In this document: piece after piece, positions 9,724 through 18,178 of the stretch
Layout: every line of letters starts with the position of its first letter
Position numbering within the stretch: the first letter of the stretch is position 1
IMG/VR virus record: IMGVR_UViG_3300046738_000023
Span: 1 to 50,096 of that record
Origin: a virus
Taxonomy: Duplodnaviria; Caudoviricetes
Reading direction: 5' to 3' (one strand)
DNA length: 50,096 bases
The notes under the pieces: generated by a model
Databases searched by the model: none
What the model saw: only the letters and a program-made list of their open reading frames with translations
What the model was told of the DNA's origin: nothing
Position numbers and translations under genes: made by a program

Positions 9724-10916
9724 GCTTCGGCCTCACCCCGGAGGGCTTTGTTCCCAAGAGCCTCGAGGATGTGCTCGCCGACGTGGTGACTCGCCAGCGG
9801 GCAGATCTCGGGCCCGACATTGACACGAGTCCATTCAGCGTGATTGGCCAGCTCAACGGAATCTTCGCAAGCAAGTGCGTCGAGCTCTGGGAGACCGGCC
9901 AAGAACTCTACGATGCGCTTGACCCCGACATGGCCAGCGGCGTGCAGCAGGATGCGCTCTACAGCCTCACCAACACCCTGCGGCGCGGCGCAAAGAAGAG
10001 CACGGTCACCGCCACCGTCAACCTCTCGGCGGCCACCACCATCGCCGCCGGCGCGGCGGTCGCGAGCGTGCAGGGCAACTCCGTCGCGCGGTTCGTCAAC
10101 GTCGAGCCCATGCTCAACGCGGGCGGCGCCCCCGCGGATGTTGAAGTGCTGTTTGAGTCCCAAGAGTTCGGCCCGGTCGTCGCGAACGCGACCACGCTCA
10201 ACGTCATCGAGACGTTCATTGCTGGCTGGAACTCCATCACCAACCCGGACGACGCGGCGCTTGGTTCGTTCGTGGAGACCGACGCCGCCTACCGAATCCG
10301 GCGCCTCAATGAACTCGCCGCACCGGGAGGCGGCACCGTGAGCGGCATCCGCGCAGACCTGTCGCGGGTGCCCGATGTGCTGGCCGTCGCCGTGCTCGAA
10401 AATGTGACCGACGTAACGACCAGCGATGGCCTACCGCCGCACTCGATCGAAGCGATCGTGCGGGGCGGCGACGCGCAGGCGATCGGCGAGAGCATCGCGG
10501 TGAACAAAGTCGGCGGCATCCAGACGCACGGCACCGAGCCACCCGTCATGGTGATCGACGACCAGGGCACGACCTACCCGATCTACTTCAGCCGCCCCGA
10601 CGAGGTTGCGGTGTTTCTCGCCATCGAGGTGGTGACCGGTCCCGAGTACGTGGGCGCCGAAGCGCTTGCGCTCGCACTTCAAGCAGCCACCACCGACAAG
10701 CTCAACCCTGCCTATCTGGATGTTGGCACCAGCGTCTATTCAGGCCGAATGGTGTGCGTCGCGCTCGAGGTGCCAGGCGTGCTCAACGCGCGCGTCGGGC
10801 TGTCGCTCACCGCCATCACCGATCCCGACGCGGGCCTGTCGTCGATTCCGATCGCGAGCCGGCAGTTGGCGACCATCCTGCCAGACGACATTGCGGTGAC
10901 GGAGGTTGCGTCGTGA
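9720..10916 (+). CDS. Baseplate J/gp47 family protein
   Basis: FGLTPEGF, ETDAAYRIRR and GLPPHSIEAIVRGG motifs. Confidence 0.9.
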   Translation: MSFGLTPEGFVPKSLEDVLADVVTRQRADLGPDIDTSPFSVIGQLNGIFASKCVELWETGQELYDALDPDMASGVQQDALYSLTNTLRRGAKKSTVTATVNLSAATTIAAGAAVASVQGNSVARFVNVEPMLNAGGAPADVEVLFESQEFGPVVANATTLNVIETFIAGWNSITNPDDAALGSFVETDAAYRIRRLNELAAPGGGTVSGIRADLSRVPDVLAVAVLENVTDVTTSDGLPPHSIEAIVRGGDAQAIGESIAVNKVGGIQTHGTEPPVMVIDDQGTTYPIYFSRPDEVAVFLAIEVVTGPEYVGAEALALALQAATTDKLNPAYLDVGTSVYSGRMVCVALEVPGVLNARVGLSLTAITDPDAGLSSIPIASRQLATILPDDIAVTEVAS

Positions 10917-11545
10917 ACCTGATCTTGACGCACGAGGCCGATGCCGTAGCGCTTCTCACCGATCGCTACCGCCAGCCAAGGATCTCAGCCCTGCTCGCTG
11001 CGTGGACGGCCGAGGTGCAGGCGCTCGAGCTGGCCTTCTGGGACTTGCTCACCAAGCGCTCGCCCGCCACTGCCGAGGGCGCTGTGCTCGACCTGCTCGG
11101 CAAAGTCGTGGGCCAGCCGCGAGATGGCCGCACCGACGAGCAATATCGGCTGTGGATTGCCGCGCGCGTTCTGGTCAATCAGAGCTCGGGCCTGGCGGGG
11201 CAGCTGATCGCACTCGCCGCCAAGCTATGCCAGGTCCCGATCCGCATTGAGGACCACTACCCGGCGGCATTCACGCTGCACGCGATGGGGCCGATCATCG
11301 GTGCCGACGGCGTGGAGATCGCGAAGCTGATCGTGTTGGCCAAGGCCGCCGGCGTCCAAGCGTTCTTCCACTGGTACGATACTTCGAGAACGTTTCGTTT
11401 CTCGGTCAGCGGCGATTCGCTCTTTGATAGCGACCGCGGGTTTGGCCGCGGTCGGCTCTCTGCGATCAGCGACGGCCGCGCCATGGGCTTCTTACCGGTC
11501 GTGCCGCTGTCGAGTGGCGCCGGAAGCATCGTGGTGGTGCTCTAA
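10913..11545 (+). CDS. Baseplate wedge protein (DUF2612-like)
   Basis: TAEGAVLDLLGKVVGQPR..DEQYR motif. Confidence 0.8.
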   Translation: MNLILTHEADAVALLTDRYRQPRISALLAAWTAEVQALELAFWDLLTKRSPATAEGAVLDLLGKVVGQPRDGRTDEQYRLWIAARVLVNQSSGLAGQLIALAAKLCQVPIRIEDHYPAAFTLHAMGPIIGADGVEIAKLIVLAKAAGVQAFFHWYDTSRTFRFSVSGDSLFDSDRGFGRGRLSAISDGRAMGFLPVVPLSSGAGSIVVVL

Positions 11546-12768
11546 TGGAGCTGAAGCTTCCCGAGTGGGCCAGCACGCCGCCAGCCGGGTATCCCGGGGC
11601 GATCGAACCTCCGGCGGCGAAGGCCGCGGCCGGTTGGGCCAACGGCGAGGAGCCGCCGGCCGGCACATTCAACTGGGTCTTCCAAGCGATCGCGGACGTC
11701 AGCAACGAAATCGCAAACGCGATCACGGGGGCGGGCTTTGCCCTTCTGCAGGCTGACAAGTCGCAGCTCGGCGCCGCGCTCCTACGCCAAGGCGTGAAGA
11801 CTGCATTCGCCGGTCTATCCCTCGCCGCCGCAACGGGAGCCGGCGTGCAGCTGAACGGGATAGCGCTTCGACCGCGACGGAGCAGCGGGGGGACGCCGTC
11901 GGCCAGGACATCAGTGGTAGTCGTCGTCGGCGCCAGCGGCAAGATATGGACTTCGACCAGCTCCGGCGCATTCGTTGATCGCTCCGCGAACGTAGCCGCG
12001 GGTTTCACGGGCGTTTTCAACGACGTCGTTTACGACGCTGGGTTACAGCTTTTCATCGCGGTTGGGGCTACAGGTGAAATTCAAACCAGCACGCACGGTG
12101 ACGTCTGGACGCGCGCTCGCACCGGCGGCAATGCGCTCTTGGCGATCGCCACTGACGGCGCCGGGCATTGCGTCGCTGTCGGTGTCGATAATCTGATTCT
12201 ATCCTCTAGCAACGGTACCACCTGGACAACTCGTACGAGTCCGTTCGCGTTCACTCCAGACGTTCAGGACGTGGCCTTCGGTGCTGGCGCCGTTTGCGTG
12301 ATCTCTGACGGCACAGATCCCACCGGCGTCGGCTCGGAGATCGGCACCTCTTTGGATAACGGTGCGACATGGACCGTCTCGTACCATCCCGGAGTAGCAG
12401 GCACCCGTCCGGCTATCGGATACCATCCGACGATCGGGTTTGTAGCCGTCTACAACATATTAGCGGCTGCGAGTTCTGATGGTGTTACTTGGGCTAGCGT
12501 CAACACGTTGCTAATGTCGGAGTTTACTGGCAACCAACTAGTCGTCGGCCCGTATTGCTATGCCATCGCGGCCAGCGTCGGCTCTGGTGGTTCTGAAATT
12601 TGCGCCTACCACGTTGCCAAGGACGCCGTCGTCGCTTCGGAAGCGCCGGGGTGGATGATGGGCTTTGCCACCAACGAAATCCTCAGGCGCTTGGTAATCC
12701 TTGGCGATCAACTATGGGGTTTGGGCGGCGCCGTCGGGGACAAGGTTTTTCGCGGAGGAGTCCTATGA
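11545..12768 (+). CDS. Tail fibre / receptor-binding protein with BNR-like propeller repeats
   Basis: N-terminal GW..GEEPPAGTFNW attachment motif; S.DG.TW-type repeats (STHGDVW, SSNGTTW, SLDNGATW, SSDGVTW). Confidence 0.8.
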   Translation: MELKLPEWASTPPAGYPGAIEPPAAKAAAGWANGEEPPAGTFNWVFQAIADVSNEIANAITGAGFALLQADKSQLGAALLRQGVKTAFAGLSLAAATGAGVQLNGIALRPRRSSGGTPSARTSVVVVVGASGKIWTSTSSGAFVDRSANVAAGFTGVFNDVVYDAGLQLFIAVGATGEIQTSTHGDVWTRARTGGNALLAIATDGAGHCVAVGVDNLILSSSNGTTWTTRTSPFAFTPDVQDVAFGAGAVCVISDGTDPTGVGSEIGTSLDNGATWTVSYHPGVAGTRPAIGYHPTIGFVAVYNILAAASSDGVTWASVNTLLMSEFTGNQLVVGPYCYAIAASVGSGGSEICAYHVAKDAVVASEAPGWMMGFATNEILRRLVILGDQLWGLGGAVGDKVFRGGVL

Positions 12769-12863
12769 CCAAGCCGCCACGAGCCACGCTTCTGGTGCGA
12801 CACCGAGGCCGCGGCCACCGCATTGCTAAGCCGGCTGATCCGAGACGGGGCGTGACGTCATGA
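12765..12863 (+). CDS. Short basic peptide (32 aa)
   Basis: ATGA overlaps at both ends; GGAG SD. Confidence 0.35.
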   Translation: MTKPPRATLLVRHRGRGHRIAKPADPRRGVTS

Positions 12864-14416
12864 CCGTGAACTACACAGATCCGGTGAATGGCCCCATCGC
12901 GCTCAAGTCGCGCGTCGAGGCGGACGAGCACGTCATAGCCCGCGACATCGCGAAGTTGCCTGGCACAGTTGAGGCCGACATCGGCGAAAGCCGGGGGTTC
13001 CTTGCGACGCTCGCGGGTGCGGTCGCGGTCGACATTTTGAAGGTCGCACTCCAGACCGGCAACGCCGTCATAGGCCGACTCGCCGCGAACATCGGCGTCA
13101 ACATCGGCACGGTCGACGTCGCTTCGATGCCCCCGTTGCCCGCCGGCACGAACACGATCGGGACCGTCGGCCTTGCGACGTTACCTGCCGGAACCAACAA
13201 CATCGGCGACGTTGATGTGTTGACGCTACCTCCGCTACCCGCCGGTACTAACACGATCGGCAAGCTAGCCGGTCCGAATGCAGGAGTGAACATCGGTCAG
13301 GTCGATCTCGCTACGACTCCAACGGCAAATCTCGCGACGATCGCAAGCGATACGACGTTCCTCCGGAGCTACAACCCGGTGTTGCCGCCGCTCCCAGCAG
13401 GCACCAACAACATCGGTGACGTGGACGTTCTCACAATGCCGCCGCTACCGGCTGGTACCAATGCGATCGGCAAGCTTGCCGGCCCAAATACCGGAGTCAA
13501 CATCGGCCAAGTTGATCTCGCAACGACGCCAACGGCGAACCTTGCAACGATCGCAAGCGATACGACTTTCCTCCGGACGTACAATCCCGTCCTTCCCCCA
13601 CTCCCAGCCGGTACCAACAACATCGGCGACGTGGACGTGATGACTCTGCCGCCCCTGGTTGCGAGCACGGCGGCGATCGGCAAGCTCGCCCCGAACGCTG
13701 GCGTTGTTATCGGATCGGTAGATCTCGCCGCTACGCCTACGGCGAACCTCGCAACAATCGCCGCCGATACGACGTTCCTTCGCAGCTACAATCCCGTCTT
13801 GCAACCACTGCCGGCCGGTACGAACAACATCGGTGACGTCGATGTTCTGACGCTGCCACCACTGCCAGCCGGTCTCAACGCGATCGGTAAACTGGCGACA
13901 AACAATGGCGTCAACATCGGCACGGTCGATGTCTCAAGTGTAAGTGGCACAGTCTCCGCGAACGTCACCGGCACAGTGTCTTTGGCCCCCGGCACCTGGA
14001 ACATCGGCGACGTGGACGTTCTGACTCTGCCGCCGCTACCCGCTGGCACCAACACGATCGGCAAGCTAGCAGCGAACGTCGGCGTCAATATCGGCACGGT
14101 CGACGTCAACGGGACCATAAGCATTGGGGCGCTGGAGTTGGTCGGGGCGACGGCTTTGACGCCAGTCGTCATTGTGGCCGCTATCTCCTCGGTCACGCTC
14201 GCCGCCGCGAATGCCAATCGCGTCGGATGTATTATCTTCAACAACAGCACGGCGAGGCTCTACGTCAGGATGGAGGCGGGGGCGACGACGACAAACTGGT
14301 GCTTCATCATCGAGGCAGGCGGGTACTGGGAGATGCCGCGCCGCTACCACGTCGGGATAATCACCGGCGTCTGGGCGAGCGCCACCGGCGACGCGCACGT
14401 GACGGAGACCGTGTAG
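12860..14416 (+). CDS. Repeat-rich fibre-like structural protein
   Basis: Repeated LPPLPAGTNNIGDVDV and GVNIG.VD units; globular C-terminus. Confidence 0.75.
   Translation: MTVNYTDPVNGPIALKSRVEADEHVIARDIAKLPGTVEADIGESRGFLATLAGAVAVDILKVALQTGNAVIGRLAANIGVNIGTVDVASMPPLPAGTNTIGTVGLATLPAGTNNIGDVDVLTLPPLPAGTNTIGKLAGPNAGVNIGQVDLATTPTANLATIASDTTFLRSYNPVLPPLPAGTNNIGDVDVLTMPPLPAGTNAIGKLAGPNTGVNIGQVDLATTPTANLATIASDTTFLRTYNPVLPPLPAGTNNIGDVDVMTLPPLVASTAAIGKLAPNAGVVIGSVDLAATPTANLATIAADTTFLRSYNPVLQPLPAGTNNIGDVDVLTLPPLPAGLNAIGKLATNNGVNIGTVDVSSVSGTVSANVTGTVSLAPGTWNIGDVDVLTLPPLPAGTNTIGKLAANVGVNIGTVDVNGTISIGALELVGATALTPVVIVAAISSVTLAAANANRVGCIIFNNSTARLYVRMEAGATTTNWCFIIEAGGYWEMPRRYHVGIITGVWASATGDAHVTETV
13180..13930 (+). 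repeat. About 210-bp (70-aa) tandem intragenic repeats, three copies plus partial units
   Basis: TCGCAAGCGA at 13341 and 13551; amino-acid units nearly identical; boundaries approximate. Confidence 0.85.
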
Positions 14417-14418
14417 CC

Positions 14419-15066
14419 ATGCCACTCGTCAATCCAGTCATCAGTCGTGCAGTGCCGATCAAAGTCGGCGGTGCGCCGAGCGCTGGCGCAGGCTTCCTCG
14501 CAAGCGCGTTCGATCACATCCACGCGCTCACCGAGACTTCGGGACCAAGCAACCTCGCATTGGGAGATATCTTCGATGATGACATGGTACGTCGCGTCAA
14601 CGCGCTGTTGGTTGGGCGAATGCTGCGGGCCAATAACACGAACGGAACCGCCGCCACATCGCTCACTACGCCTACCGACATTTCCTCGTCCTTGAATTTC
14701 GCGATTCCGCCGAGCGCTTCGCCCGCGGTTTTCTATGCTCTCTGGGTGCTGTTCTACCTCACCGCCGCGGCTGGTACCGGTCTGATGTTAAGCTGCAACA
14801 TCACGGGCGCGAGTTCCGCTAACGACAGGTTCGGCGTGCTAATGGCCACCGGCGCCGCAACGATGCATTCCGCGTATGCGACGATCTTCGACGCATTGCT
14901 TGGAAATCCGACGGTCGGCCCTGGCAGTACGGGTCGAGTCGCGTTGATGTTCTTGCGCACGAGTGGAGCGGGAGTCGGAACGATCTCGCCGCGATTCGCA
15001 TCGGGTGTCGCTGGCTCAAGTGTCTCCATCGCCGCGCAGTCGTTCGGCATCCTACTGCAACAGTGA
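14419..15066 (+). CDS. Putative minor tail fibre protein
   Basis: ASAFDHIH fibre-like motif; beta-rich C-terminus; position. Confidence 0.6.
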   Translation: MPLVNPVISRAVPIKVGGAPSAGAGFLASAFDHIHALTETSGPSNLALGDIFDDDMVRRVNALLVGRMLRANNTNGTAATSLTTPTDISSSLNFAIPPSASPAVFYALWVLFYLTAAAGTGLMLSCNITGASSANDRFGVLMATGAATMHSAYATIFDALLGNPTVGPGSTGRVALMFLRTSGAGVGTISPRFASGVAGSSVSIAAQSFGILLQQ

Positions 15067-15086
15067 CTCACGTGGAGAGAACTGCC

Positions 15087-15959
15087 ATGCGTATCCATAT
15101 CCCTGTCATTGTAGCGTGTGCGGCTCTTGCGGGCTGCGCGCACGGCGCGCACGGCACCCCGGCGGCTCGGCCACACAACACGCCGAGGCCAGGGCCGCAC
15201 TCCGGCATTCTCTGGACCGACGACGTGCAGAATAGCTGCGGCGAGGCGCCCTACGGCTTCAGCCAGATCCAGCTGGAGCGTCCCATCGGCGATTCGGTTT
15301 CGGGCAATGACGAAGTCGATCTCTACCGCGTCGAAGATCCACTCGGCGGGTCGGGCTTCGCGCTCAAGCACGTCGCAACCTTCGACAACAACGGAGGCTC
15401 ACGCTCCCAGGCTGGCATCTACAGCTTTGCGAACGCGACCTTCGACCAGCTCGTTCGGAGCGCCACGGGCATCTACATCGCCGCCGAGTGGTATTTTCCC
15501 GAGCGCATCACGGCTAAGTCGGGTCTCGAGAGCAATCCCTGGGTGAACCTGTGGGACTTCCATTCGGTCGGCTCTGGCAGCCGATGGGACACGCAGCCCG
15601 GGCTGATGCTCGCCGAGGATGGCTCGATGCGCATCAAGTGGACTTGGCGCGAGGTCAACCAGGACACCGAATGGAGCAGCATCACGCTCCCGGTGGGCGA
15701 GTGGTTCGACATCGAGATGCACTATGTATGGGGCTCGGAATCGACGGGCTGTGCTGGGGGCACGACCGTGTCGCTCTGGGTCAACGGAGAGCTCGCGCTC
15801 GAGCAGCGCGGCGTGACCACGCGCGGCAACGGGCACGACAGCGTCGAGACGTACATGAAATTTTACGGCAGCGCGAACAACGGCACCACGTGGGAGCCCA
15901 CCCCCTCGGTCAAGTACATGCGCAACGTGCGCATGTCCGACCATCGCATCTGGCGCTGA
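15087..15959 (+). CDS. Lipoprotein with polysaccharide-lyase-like beta-jelly-roll domain
   Basis: GGAGAG SD; lipobox LAGC; EWYFP, NLWDFH, PVGEWFDIEMH and SLWVNG motifs. Confidence 0.65.
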   Translation: MRIHIPVIVACAALAGCAHGAHGTPAARPHNTPRPGPHSGILWTDDVQNSCGEAPYGFSQIQLERPIGDSVSGNDEVDLYRVEDPLGGSGFALKHVATFDNNGGSRSQAGIYSFANATFDQLVRSATGIYIAAEWYFPERITAKSGLESNPWVNLWDFHSVGSGSRWDTQPGLMLAEDGSMRIKWTWREVNQDTEWSSITLPVGEWFDIEMHYVWGSESTGCAGGTTVSLWVNGELALEQRGVTTRGNGHDSVETYMKFYGSANNGTTWEPTPSVKYMRNVRMSDHRIWR

Positions 15960-15963
15960 GCTC

Positions 15964-16248
15964 GTGAACGACGACGCATGGACAGACGCACGCGAGTCGG
16001 TGGCGCAGGCCCGTGCCGATTGCCTCGTGGCGATCGCTAACCACTACTGCCACCCGGTACAAGCCTCAAGCCCGGAGGTGCTGCAGGCCGTGGCCGTGGC
16101 GATCCGCGCCGGCTTCGATCTCGGTGTTGCATACACGCACCACAAGAGCACGATCCCGTCGCCACCGCCGCCGAGCGACGCGCACGCCGACGCGCACGCC
16201 GAGGCGATCACCGAGGAGCTGCTGCGGGGGCTACGCGGGCGGGGCTAG
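15964..16248 (+). CDS. Hypothetical protein
   Basis: ORF continues the late operon. Confidence 0.5.
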   Translation: MNDDAWTDARESVAQARADCLVAIANHYCHPVQASSPEVLQAVAVAIRAGFDLGVAYTHHKSTIPSPPPPSDAHADAHAEAITEELLRGLRGRG

Positions 16249-16493
16249 GCTGTCCGGAGCGCGACCTGAACTTCGTGCTCGAGGTCGGGCAGCAGCTTGG
16301 CGAGCTCCTCGAGGCAGCCACGCTTGGCATGGCCGAGGGACTCCGCCCTGCCTACCATCGTGCCGTCGAGCAGATTGATGACCCATTGGTGCGGGTATGC
16401 CTCAAGCCGGGCGATCGTCATGCCGCGGAAGCGCAGGTCCGCGCAGTACGATTTCATGCCGGTGTCGCGCCAGGGGATCATTACTTCGGCCAA
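16245..16493 (-). CDS. Hypothetical protein (start uncertain)
   Basis: Plausible codon usage; convergent with the late operon. Confidence 0.5.
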   Translation of the reverse strand: MAEVMIPWRDTGMKSYCADLRFRGMTIARLEAYPHQWVINLLDGTMVGRAESLGHAKRGCLEELAKLLPDLEHEVQVALRTA

Positions 16494-16954
16494 GCCGCGA
16501 CAACAGCCGATGCGAGATCAAACGCGGCCAGCAGGTACAGCACCATCGCGGCTGCCGTCGTGACGCGCAGGCGCCATTTGCCCGTATCCCCAACCATGCC
16601 CGGCGTCGTCGACAGTGCGAGCTCACCGGTGAGGCCCAAGCGCCGCTCCACGGCCTGGAAGTGATTGCGCGCAGCTTGGTAGTGCCGATGGGTTTGCCGC
16701 ACCACGTGCGCCCCGAGCAGGCTCGCGGCCGTCCCCACGAGATAAGCGAACGCCACGGGTACATCCTGCTTCCCAAAGCCGGCCAGTGCGGCAAGGAGGG
16801 ACACGTTCAGCCCGATGTAAAAAACCTGCCGCTGCGTGCCGAGCGACGTGTTGAGGTGGTACTCGCGCATGGCGGCGTCGTAGAGCTTCCACAGCTCCTC
16901 GCGGTCGGGGGGCTCACCGTTGGCGCGGGGCAGTCGCTCGACGGGGCGGACCAT
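16481..16954 (-). CDS. Membrane protein resembling the RipA/Rip1-type small pore-forming family
   Basis: LWKLY..E...R..FY..LN..LL pattern, 2 TM segments, amphipathic helix ending ERRLG, third TM. Confidence 0.55.
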   Translation of the reverse strand: MVRPVERLPRANGEPPDREELWKLYDAAMREYHLNTSLGTQRQVFYIGLNVSLLAALAGFGKQDVPVAFAYLVGTAASLLGAHVVRQTHRHYQAARNHFQAVERRLGLTGELALSTTPGMVGDTGKWRLRVTTAAAMVLYLLAAFDLASAVVAAWPK

Positions 16955-16958
16955 GGCA

Positions 16959-17237
16959 ATGGCCTACCTCAAACCGCGCCCCCCACGCAACTACTCCGCC
17001 GGGACTGGCGCGCAACTGGGCTCGCCCCCGCCCGACAACCCCGCCATGCACTGGCACCACCTCGGCCCCGGCCACGGCGTACTCGAGATCGACTACGGGC
17101 CTACAAGCGAGGTGGCAAAAGGGGAACCGGAGCTCGAGCTAGTCGTGTACTGGGGCGGCGGCGAGCCTACCCGGGCGGTGTGGCTCTGGAGCCAGTCGGG
17201 AGCGATCGCGGCGTGGGCGGTGGTGGGGGAGGCGTGA
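16959..17237 (+). CDS. Hypothetical protein
   Basis: Fills the gap between two minus-strand genes. Confidence 0.45.
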   Translation: MAYLKPRPPRNYSAGTGAQLGSPPPDNPAMHWHHLGPGHGVLEIDYGPTSEVAKGEPELELVVYWGGGEPTRAVWLWSQSGAIAAWAVVGEA

Positions 17238-17240
17238 GGG

Positions 17241-17384
17241 CTACTGCTTCGGAGGTGGCGGGGGTGGCTGCTTCGGGGGCGGCGGCTCTGGCCTTGGAAG
17301 CTGCGGCCGAGTTCCGGGATAGCTGTCGCCCCCGTCGCGGCGGATGTGAACCGGCTCGGTGTCGGGCTTGGGCTGCTCGGTCAT
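17241..17384 (-). CDS. Small proline-rich peptide (47 aa)
   Basis: ATG overlaps the stop of the SLATT-like gene; ends PPPPKQPPPPPPKQ. Confidence 0.5.
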   Translation of the reverse strand: MTEQPKPDTEPVHIRRDGGDSYPGTRPQLPRPEPPPPKQPPPPPPKQ

Positions 17385-17860
17385 GGCGCCGGCAGTGGTA
17401 GCCCAAGAGCGCGGTAGGTGTCTTGCTCGGCGCGAAGGGCCAGCTTGGCGTCCCATCGAATCTGCGGCGCGTCGAACTCGTGATCGGCTCGGATCTCGGC
17501 CGCGAGCCGGCGCACGTCAACGCTGCCTGGGTCAGTCTCGACGTCGAGCCACAACCCATCCCATGCGTTGCTGCGACGCAGCCAGTGCCGCGTCGCCGAT
17601 CTCAAGGCCGGCACGGCGTCGGCGTAGCGGAAGGCGATCAGCGCCGCACCCGCTAGGCCCGCTACTGCACCCAACGTCGTCGTCGCCCACCCCGGAGCGA
17701 GCGTCACGGCAAAGGCGCCGACCGCCCCGGTGCCGCACAAGAGGCCGATGAACTGCAGCCCGCGCGCGCGCCATTGGTATCGATCTTCGAGGTCGCTGAA
17801 GTATCGAATGTTCGCCTTGGCGTCGATCCGCTTCTGGTAGATGGCGGTCCTGATGTCCAT
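17381..17860 (-). CDS. SLATT-like two-TM protein
   Basis: N..YF..L...Y helix, two TM segments, then W..LW helical tail. Confidence 0.55.
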   Translation of the reverse strand: MDIRTAIYQKRIDAKANIRYFSDLEDRYQWRARGLQFIGLLCGTGAVGAFAVTLAPGWATTTLGAVAGLAGAALIAFRYADAVPALRSATRHWLRRSNAWDGLWLDVETDPGSVDVRRLAAEIRADHEFDAPQIRWDAKLALRAEQDTYRALGLPLPAP

Positions 17861-17906
17861 GGGGGCGAGGGTACCAGCGTGGCCGCCGGGAGGCATCGCC
17901 CGCCGC

Positions 17907-18110
17907 CTACCGTCTCGCGTCGAGCCACTCGTTGACTCGGTGCGCCACGTCCACGGGGACATCGGCACCGTCCTCGGGCACGTGGCACGGCCACTGCCGG
18001 CTCCACAGGAGCATGCCGTTGCGGACCACCTTGAGGCGGCCATCGGCGACCAGGGCGACGTATGCCCTGCAGTCCCGGCCGAGCAGCTTGAACGGGGTCT
18101 TGGGCGGCAT
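17907..18110 (-). CDS. Hypothetical protein
   Basis: Short ORF co-oriented with the island. Confidence 0.4.
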   Translation of the reverse strand: MPPKTPFKLLGRDCRAYVALVADGRLKVVRNGMLLWSRQWPCHVPEDGADVPVDVAHRVNEWLDARR

Positions 18111-18178
18111 GAGGGCTGCGCAGCGGGGGTCAGCGGCATGGGGCATGGGGGCGGGGGCCGGGGCGATGCCTAACGCAT

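Noticed and set aside
12860-14416. CRISPR array, DGR or shufflon in the fibre region
   Set aside because: Repeats are in-frame coding units without unique spacers; no reverse transcriptase or invertase seen
18125-18163. G-quadruplex-like G tracts
   Set aside because: Short G runs are expected at this GC content; no supporting context
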